From positions 41,022 to 105,021 of the forward strand of contig PKYN01000018.1 of assembly GCA_003132665.1 (NCBI GenBank): a DNA stretch of 64,000 bases, given 5' to 3'. Numbering within the stretch: the first letter of the stretch is position 1; the number at the start of each line of letters is the position of its first letter. Source of the stretch: Actinomycetota bacterium (GTDB lineage Bacteria; Actinomycetota; Thermoleophilia; Gaiellales; Gaiellaceae). Positions 58,797 through 64,000 of this stretch are shown piece by piece. The notes under the pieces are model-generated. The model saw nothing but the letters and a program-made list of their open reading frames with translations. It made no database searches and had not been told where the DNA came from. A program made the position numbers and the translations under genes.

Positions 58797-59812
58797 CAGT
58801 CTGCGCTCATTCCCTGCGTCTCCAGCGCCCGGTCGAGGGCGATCCGCTGCCGGCGCGGACGCCGGTCGATTGGACGGATGAGCAGTTGGGCGCCGATGTT
58901 CACGGCCAGCGAGATCACGAGCAAGATCGTCGCCAGATAGACGAGTGACGAGGTCTGCAGGTTCGTCGAGGCGCCGTTGTATTGCCCGGCAATACGGGCG
59001 GCGAGCGTATCGCTGTGGCCGAACAGTGAGAGGTGTATCCCGATCTGCGAGCCGATCACCATCAGGACCGCCATCGCCTCGCCCACGGCACGACCGAAGC
59101 CAAGTGCCACGGCTGCGAGGATTCCCGGGCGCGCGGCAGGAAGCAAGACGCCACGCACCATCTCCCAGCGCGTCGCGCCGAGCGCCAGCGCTCCTTCGCG
59201 CAGCTCCGGCGGAACGGTCATGAAGAGCTCACGGGTCACGCTGGCGACGATCGGCACCACCATGATTGTCAGAACGAGAGTCGCCGTCAGGATGCCGGTG
59301 GGCGAAGTCTGTCCGCGGAAGAATGGAAGGAAGCCAAGCGTCGAGCCCAGAAACGGCTCGAGCTGGTTCTGGACGAACGGTCCGAGAATGAGGATGCCCC
59401 AGAGACCCAGAATGACGCTCGGGATCGCCGCCAGCATCTCGACTAGCGCACCGAGAAGCGCACGTACGGGCTTCGGCGCCAGCTCGGTCAGGAAGAGCGC
59501 GATGGCGACGGCGAGCGGCGCCGCTATCACGATCGCCAGAATGGCGGTGATGGCCGTTCCGAAGATCAGCGAGAGAGCGCCGAACTGGTTGTGAATCGTG
59601 TCCCAGGTCTGCGAGGTCAGGAAGCCGAAGCCGAAACGGTGAAAGGCGAGCCGAGATCCCTTTATCAGCTCGTAGGTGATCTGAACGAGCGCGGTGACCG
59701 CGAGGGCCGCCGCGACGAACGTGATCGCCTTCAGCGCCGGATCGCCGAGCCGGTCGAGCCTGCTGCGGGTCCGCTCGAATGCCGAGCTCTCGTCTCCGTG
59801 TGAAGTCTCCAC
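58796..59812 (-). CDS. pstC: Phosphate ABC transporter permease PstC
   Basis: 338 aa. EGALALGATRWEMV EAA-type motif and PstC-like N-terminus. Confidence 0.9.
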   Translation of the reverse strand: METSHGDESSAFERTRSRLDRLGDPALKAITFVAAALAVTALVQITYELIKGSRLAFHRFGFGFLTSQTWDTIHNQFGALSLIFGTAITAILAIVIAAPLAVAIALFLTELAPKPVRALLGALVEMLAAIPSVILGLWGILILGPFVQNQLEPFLGSTLGFLPFFRGQTSPTGILTATLVLTIMVVPIVASVTRELFMTVPPELREGALALGATRWEMVRGVLLPAARPGILAAVALGFGRAVGEAMAVLMVIGSQIGIHLSLFGHSDTLAARIAGQYNGASTNLQTSSLVYLATILLVISLAVNIGAQLLIRPIDRRPRRQRIALDRALETQGMSAD

Positions 59813-59855
59813 CGCGAGATCAGCCTAGATGCGCACGATGACGCTCGGAACCTCG

Positions 59856-59888
59856 GTTCACCACGTTGTAACCAGATCGCCACCACCT
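59856..59888. promoter_or_regulatory. Candidate PHO box: three 11-nt direct repeats in the divergent pstC/pstS intergenic region
   Basis: gttcaccacgt / tgtaaccagat / cgccaccacct. The ACC falls at the same position in each unit. The first unit matches the actinobacterial GTTCACC core. Confidence 0.4.
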
Positions 59889-59964
59889 TCTTGCCCACGA
59901 GCGGGGCAGGCGCAGGCAGGCTCGCCTCGATGAACTCTGAATCGAATCAAGGAGACACAAACAG

Positions 59965-61116
59965 ATGACCCGACGTGGGTTTCTCATCAGCACTATCGCC
60001 ATCGTGGCAGCGCTTGCAACCGGCATCAGCGCAGCGCAGGCCTCGGTGCAGCGAAGCACGGCTTCAACCCTGACCGGCGCCGGAAGCTCTTTCGTCTTCC
60101 CGCTCGTTTCGACCTGGGAGCCGGCATTCAAAAGCGCTACCGGAAACACGGTCAACTACCAGGCGATCGGGAGCGGCGCCGGAATCGCCGCCGTAACCAA
60201 TCGCTCGGTCGACTTCGGCGCCAGTGACGCGCCGCTGACCCCCGACCAGGAGACGGCCTGTAACAACTGCATGACGATCCCGTGGGCCTTCTCGGCGACC
60301 TCGATCGCGTACCGAGGCACCGGGCTCCCGGCCAATCTACACATCACCGGTTCCGTCCTGGCCCAGATCTATCTCGGCACGATCAAGAACTGGTCGGATC
60401 CCGCGCTCAAGAAGCTGAACCCGGGCGCCAGCCTACCGGACAAGTCGATCACGCCTATCTACCGTAGCGACGCGAGCGGTACGAGCTACAACTTCACCCA
60501 GTACCTCGCGGAGCTCGACTCGGAGTTTGCGCACAAGATCGGTGTCGGCACGCAGCCGAGCTTCCCGACCGGTGTCGGCGGCAACAAGAGCTCCGGAGTC
60601 TCGGCCGTCCTGGCCAAGACCGATGGCGGCATCTGCTACGTGGACGTCGCCTACGCGACGACGAACCACTTCCAGGTGTTCGCGATCCAGAACCGCGCCG
60701 GCAAGTTCGTGACGCCGACGCCCGGACCGATCACAGCCACCGCCAACCTGATCACCAAGGCCAAGGCAGCCGGCGACTCACTCGTCATCGACGTCGTCGA
60801 CCCGCCGAAGCCGTCGCTGCCAAAGTTCAAGCCCATCAAGACGAAGAGCCCGACGCTCAAGGCCAAGATCCTCAAGCAGCAGAGAAAGCAGCTTGCGGCG
60901 GCCAAGGCAAAGAACAAGAAGCTCGTCATCGCCTACCCGATCTGCACGTTCACCTACGTGATCGCGCCGAAGGCGGCGAAGCAGGGAGCCGCGCTGAAGC
61001 AGTTCCTTACCTGGGCGCTAAAAAGCGGGCAGACCTACGGTGCGTCGCTCTACTTCGTACCGATCCCGAAGGTCGTTCAGCAAGAGTCGCTCAAGTTGGT
61101 CGGGAGAATCCAGTAG
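59965..61116 (+). CDS. pstS: Phosphate-binding protein PstS (with a Lys-rich insertion)
   Basis: Signal peptide, then TLTGAGSSFVFPL, YQAIGSGAGI, FGASDAP, and YRSDASGTSYNFT. RBS aaggag upstream. Confidence 0.9.
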   Translation: MTRRGFLISTIAIVAALATGISAAQASVQRSTASTLTGAGSSFVFPLVSTWEPAFKSATGNTVNYQAIGSGAGIAAVTNRSVDFGASDAPLTPDQETACNNCMTIPWAFSATSIAYRGTGLPANLHITGSVLAQIYLGTIKNWSDPALKKLNPGASLPDKSITPIYRSDASGTSYNFTQYLAELDSEFAHKIGVGTQPSFPTGVGGNKSSGVSAVLAKTDGGICYVDVAYATTNHFQVFAIQNRAGKFVTPTPGPITATANLITKAKAAGDSLVIDVVDPPKPSLPKFKPIKTKSPTLKAKILKQQRKQLAAAKAKNKKLVIAYPICTFTYVIAPKAAKQGAALKQFLTWALKSGQTYGASLYFVPIPKVVQQESLKLVGRIQ

Positions 61117-61135
61117 GAGTAACTTCGCTTGCCAG

Positions 61136-61170
61136 AAAACGGGCGTCGGCCTTACGCCGGCGCCCGTTTT
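61136..61170. terminator. Bidirectional rho-independent terminator between convergent pstS and the sensor kinase gene
   Basis: aaaa-cgggcgtcggc-cttac-gccggcgcccg-tttt. This is an 11-bp G+C-rich stem (one G-U pair) flanked by an A-tract and a T-tract. Confidence 0.8.
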
Positions 61171-61174
61171 CGTT

Positions 61175-62131
61175 CTACTCAGGAAAGGTGCAGCGTACGG
61201 TCAAGCCTTCGCCTGGTGCACCGCTCGCGCTGACGTTTCCTCCAGCCGCCACGATCACGTGCTTGACGATTGCCAGGCCGAGGCCGCTACCCTTGCTCGC
61301 GCGTGCCTTGTCGGCGCGGTAGAAGCGCTCGAACAGCCGGGGAAGGTGCTCAGCGCCGGCGCCGGCGCCGTTGTCGCTAACGGTCAGCTCGAGCTCGCCG
61401 GAGCTCGATATACCCACCGAGAGCTTGCAGCTCGCGCCCACGCCCGCGTAACGAATCGCGTTCGTGGCCAGATTGCGCACAACGATTGCAAGCATGCGAG
61501 GACGCAGCGGAAGCTCGAGCGACGGGTCGCCCTCGACGCTCAGCGATACACCGGCGAGGTCGGCGCGGGCATTCAACTCGGCCGCGATTTGCTCGAGAAC
61601 CGGAACGGCCGGTGCGCTGCCGAATGAAACGACCTCACGTCCACTCTCGAGCTCGCTCAGGAAGAGGACGTCGTTCAGCAGCTCGTCCATCTGCTCAACC
61701 TCTCGTTGCGCCTGGAGCGCGATCTGGACGGCCTCGTTCGGCTTGCGCTCGATCGCCTCGAGCAGCATGAGCAAGCGGGCCAGCGGCGTGCGCAGCTCGT
61801 GCGAGACGGCGGCTGTGAAGCCTATGCGCAGCTCCTCGTAAGCCTCCTGATCGACGAGGGGTGCGACGATCAAAGTCCTCCGCTCATCGCCCTGCCAGTA
61901 ACGAACACGGCGGGCGTTAGCCAGCTCGACGGTCTCGGGAAGCTCGCGACCGGGCTCGAGCCCTGCGAACAACTCGCGGGCGCGGCTGCTGGCCTCCACC
62001 AGCTTCTTCTCGCCGTCGAGCACGAAGGCGACCAGCTCTCCGTACTCGAGCAGCGCCTGCGCCATGTCGATCTCCCGCCCTTTTTCGCGAGCGCCATCCG
62101 TGCTTCGGTTTCTACGCGGGAGCGGCATCAC
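61175..62131 (-). CDS. Soluble sensor histidine kinase (PhoR/SenX3-like, no TM segment seen)
   Basis: HisKA H-box FTAAVSHELRTPL. HATPase_c N/G boxes (VVRNLATNAIRYA, DNGAGAGAEHLPRLFERFYR, GSGLGLAIVK). Confidence 0.85.
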   Translation of the reverse strand: MMPLPRRNRSTDGAREKGREIDMAQALLEYGELVAFVLDGEKKLVEASSRARELFAGLEPGRELPETVELANARRVRYWQGDERRTLIVAPLVDQEAYEELRIGFTAAVSHELRTPLARLLMLLEAIERKPNEAVQIALQAQREVEQMDELLNDVLFLSELESGREVVSFGSAPAVPVLEQIAAELNARADLAGVSLSVEGDPSLELPLRPRMLAIVVRNLATNAIRYAGVGASCKLSVGISSSGELELTVSDNGAGAGAEHLPRLFERFYRADKARASKGSGLGLAIVKHVIVAAGGNVSASGAPGEGLTVRCTFPE

Positions 62132-62173
62132 GGTGAGCGTAGCGAGTGAGGATCGCTCCAGGACGGAACGTGA

Positions 62174-62195
62174 ATGTAACCAAGCTGGTACCCAC
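62174..62195. promoter_or_regulatory. PHO-box-like pair of 11-nt direct repeats upstream of the mini-ORFs
   Basis: tgtaaccaagc / tggtacccacg, with the same tg.(t)acc core as the pst intergenic repeats. Confidence 0.3.
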
Positions 62196-62225
62196 GACTC
62201 GCCGCGACCAGGCTAGGTTCAGGTC

Positions 62226-62387
62226 ATGAACGAAAAACTGAAGAGACAAAGCGTCTTTCCGAGACGCGAGCACGATCGGGTCTGCGCCGTTTGCGGATAT
62301 GGGATCGCTGCAAGTAAGTCGCCCGGGCGTTGCCCTATGTGCGGGACGAATCGCTGGATGGCCTCTCCGCTCAGGAGAGCCGCATGA
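62226..62387 (+). CDS. 53-aa zinc-ribbon mini-protein (below the ORF-track cutoff)
   Basis: MNEKLKRQSVFPRREHDRVCAVCGYGIAASKSPGRCPMCGTNRWMASPLRRAA. CxxC-x14-CxxC arrangement. The stop overlaps the next start (ATGA at 62384-62387). Confidence 0.45.
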   Translation: MNEKLKRQSVFPRREHDRVCAVCGYGIAASKSPGRCPMCGTNRWMASPLRRAA

Positions 62388-62533
62388 ACATCTGGTGCCT
62401 TCCCCTCAGAGATCCTCAGAGAACGCGGTGCGAGATCTGCGGGCGCGAGGTCGAGCAACTCGCTCGCTCGGGCCGGCTCACGCGGATCTGCCGCTCGTGC
62501 CTCACTCGCACGCTCGAGAAGCGGGCGGCCTGA
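62384..62533 (+). CDS. 49-aa zinc-ribbon mini-protein
   Basis: MNIWCLPLRDPQRTRCEICGREVEQLARSGRLTRICRSCLTRTLEKRAA. CxxC-x15-CxxC arrangement. It is an internal start within ORF 62330-62533 and is translationally coupled to the previous mini-ORF. Confidence 0.45.
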   Translation: MNIWCLPLRDPQRTRCEICGREVEQLARSGRLTRICRSCLTRTLEKRAA

Positions 62534-62717
62534 TCGCCATCCGGCTCCGCACAGCGAGCCTGGATACTGCCGCCGGCTCCAGCCTTCGATCGGCGGCAGT
62601 TCGGCCGGCGGTTACGGTCACTATCACCCTGCTCCGTTCGCTCCGACATCGATCGTTCACCAGATCGTTACAGCCGCTCAACCCCAAACTCACTCGCCGA
62701 TCAGTACCGTTTGGAAT

Positions 62718-63470
62718 ATGACGAAGGTCCTGATCGTCGAGGACGACGAGCTTTTGGGCCGTGGAATGGCCGAGGCGCTCACCGAAAACGGTTTCGATCC
62801 GATTCTGGTGACTAAGGGCGACGTCGCGCTGGCTCGCCTGCGCTACGGCGCGCCTGACGTGTGCGTGCTCGACCTGATGCTTCCCGGACTAGACGGCTGG
62901 CGCCTGATCGAGCTGGCGCGAGCCGAAGGAATAGGAACGCCGATCGTCGTCGCCAGCGCCCGCGGCAGCGAGCACGACCGCATCCACGCGCTGGAGATCG
63001 GAGCCGACGACTACCTGGTCAAGCCCATCTCGATGAAAGAGCTGGTGGCCCGCGTTCGCGCCGCCGCCCGTCGCGGGCACAGCGCCTTGCCGCGTCAGGA
63101 CGGAGAGGCGCTCGAGATCGAGGAGCTGCGCATCGACCCCCGCGAAGTTCAGGCCTACGTGGACGGAGTCAACGCCGAGCTCACTCCCACCGAGTTCAAG
63201 CTGCTGTACGCGCTCGCCCTCGACGCCGGGCGAGTCGTTACCCGCGACGAGCTGCTGCAGAAGATCTGGGGTCGCCGCCGCTCCTTCCGCGATCGAACAG
63301 TCGACGTCTGCGTGAAGCGCTTGCGCGACAAGATCGACAGGCGCGCCTCCCGCCACACCTTCATTCAGACGCGCTTCGGAGTCGGCTACAAGCTCGACCC
63401 GATAGACAAGGACTCCGTCGCCGAGCCAGGCCAGCTCACGCGTGGAGACGCGAGCGAACCCGAGAGCTAG
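62718..63470 (+). CDS. OmpR/PhoB-family response regulator (PhoP/RegX3-like)
   Basis: Receiver domain: KVLIVEDDE, VCVLDLMLPGLDG, ADDYLVKP. Winged-helix domain: LTPTEFKLLYAL, RTVDVCVKRLRDKI, and GVGYKL. Confidence 0.9.
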   Translation: MTKVLIVEDDELLGRGMAEALTENGFDPILVTKGDVALARLRYGAPDVCVLDLMLPGLDGWRLIELARAEGIGTPIVVASARGSEHDRIHALEIGADDYLVKPISMKELVARVRAAARRGHSALPRQDGEALEIEELRIDPREVQAYVDGVNAELTPTEFKLLYALALDAGRVVTRDELLQKIWGRRRSFRDRTVDVCVKRLRDKIDRRASRHTFIQTRFGVGYKLDPIDKDSVAEPGQLTRGDASEPES

Positions 63471-63741
63471 AGAGGCGTTTCGTCGTCCGAGACGGCCGGG
63501 CGCGGCCCCGCTTTCATCAACAGCGGTCCCGCGGAGAGCCGGTGCTCAACTCGAGCGCAGAACACCGCGTTGCGCCGTTCTCGCGCATGAAAGCGCTGGT
63601 AATCGACTTTTCTGTGGGCGTCGCCGGAATATCGGCGCCTGTCGATAACTCGTGCACGAAGCTGGGTACGAAGCTGTGGATTCTGTGGATCAACTCGCGC
63701 CGAGACGGCCACGGCCCGCGAGGCTCGGATCCATCAATTCG

Positions 63742-64000
63742 TCAGGAGGCAAAGACGCCGTGCGATCGGAAGCGATCGCGGCGATCGCGGCGGAGATCCT
63801 TGCCGCTCATCTTCTTCAGCTCGTCCAGTGTCGCGCGGAGCGACGAGCCGAGCAGTTTCGCCGCCTCGTCATAATCGCTGTGCGCGCCGTTTATCGGCTC
63901 GGGAATGATGCTGTCGATCACGCCTAGCTCGAGGCAGTGAACCGCGTCGGGCCTGAAGGCGGCCGCGGCCTTGCGCGCCTGGCCGGCATCGCGCCAGAGA
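63742..64000 (-). CDS. accA: Acetyl-CoA carboxylase carboxyltransferase alpha subunit, C-terminal part (runs off the window)
   Basis: The minus-strand translation LWRDAGQARKAAAAFRPDAVHCLELGVIDSIIPEPINGAHSDYDEAAKLL...FRSHGVFAS* matches the AccA C-terminal pattern (GiiD.iipEP.GGAH). Confidence 0.7.
   Translation of the reverse strand, partial: LWRDAGQARKAAAAFRPDAVHCLELGVIDSIIPEPINGAHSDYDEAAKLLGSSLRATLDELKKMSGKDLRRDRRDRFRSHGVFAS

Noticed and set aside
62219-62458. 79-aa minus-strand ORF and 140-aa plus-strand ORF (62299-62721) in the kinase/regulator gap
   Set aside because: Neither has any motif. The two coupled zinc-ribbon mini-ORFs, with paired CxxC motifs and an ATGA junction, explain the region better.
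63467-63712. 81-aa minus-strand ORF between the response regulator and accA
   Set aside because: The translation is Arg-rich with no motif, and it overlaps the regulator stop. It is probably intergenic.

Overview
This is a G+C-rich bacterial chromosomal window. Gene content and codon style look like Actinomycetota, possibly Thermoleophilia or Rubrobacteria, but that assignment is low confidence. The window splits into five parts. (1) About 1-19.2 kb is an accessory, defence- and TA-rich island that looks more A/T-rich by eye. It holds an IS256-type transposase remnant, a tRNA-Met 3' half, and a small serine recombinase. It also holds a tightly packed XRE/ImmA/PIN-like trio, an orphan XRE regulator, and tRNA-Phe followed by a strongly structured 134-nt element. 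Further along are a PIN/HTH toxin-antitoxin pair and a type I R-M operon (hsdM-hsdS-X-hsdR) whose embedded gene X carries a HEPN-like RNEQYH motif. The island ends with a NERD protein, a PD-(D/E)xK-like protein, an aquaporin whose 3' end is duplicated around a CHAP-peptidase cassette, and a HigB/HigA-like pair. (2) About 19.2-31 kb is housekeeping: an Opp/Dpp-type ABC transporter, two tandem paralogs with a conserved leader, class I aldolase, a cupin, and glnK-amt. (3) About 31.3-41 kb is a seven-gene heterodisulfide-reductase-like cluster with two HdrA paralogs (one carrying a GltD-like NAD(P)H module), two MvhD domains and HdrB/HdrC modules. No hydrogenase or other obvious partner is present. 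It sits directly downstream of a rearranged sufC-sufB-VOC-sufD operon. (4) About 45-56 kb carries c-di-GMP and cell-envelope/glycan genes (GGDEF-HD-GYP, rfbB, SpoIID, WbpA/B/D-like genes plus a 2-epimerase). This block is interrupted by tRNA-Lys and a truncated SGNH acyltransferase remnant. (5) About 56-64 kb is the Pho regulon: phoU-pstBAC divergent from pstS with PHO-box-like repeats, then a sensor kinase and response regulator separated by two tiny coupled zinc-ribbon ORFs, and a partial accA at the window end. No CRISPR array or rRNA was seen. Many long ORFs in the track are antisense or out-of-frame artefacts of high G+C. All functional calls rest on motifs recognised by eye, not on database searches.
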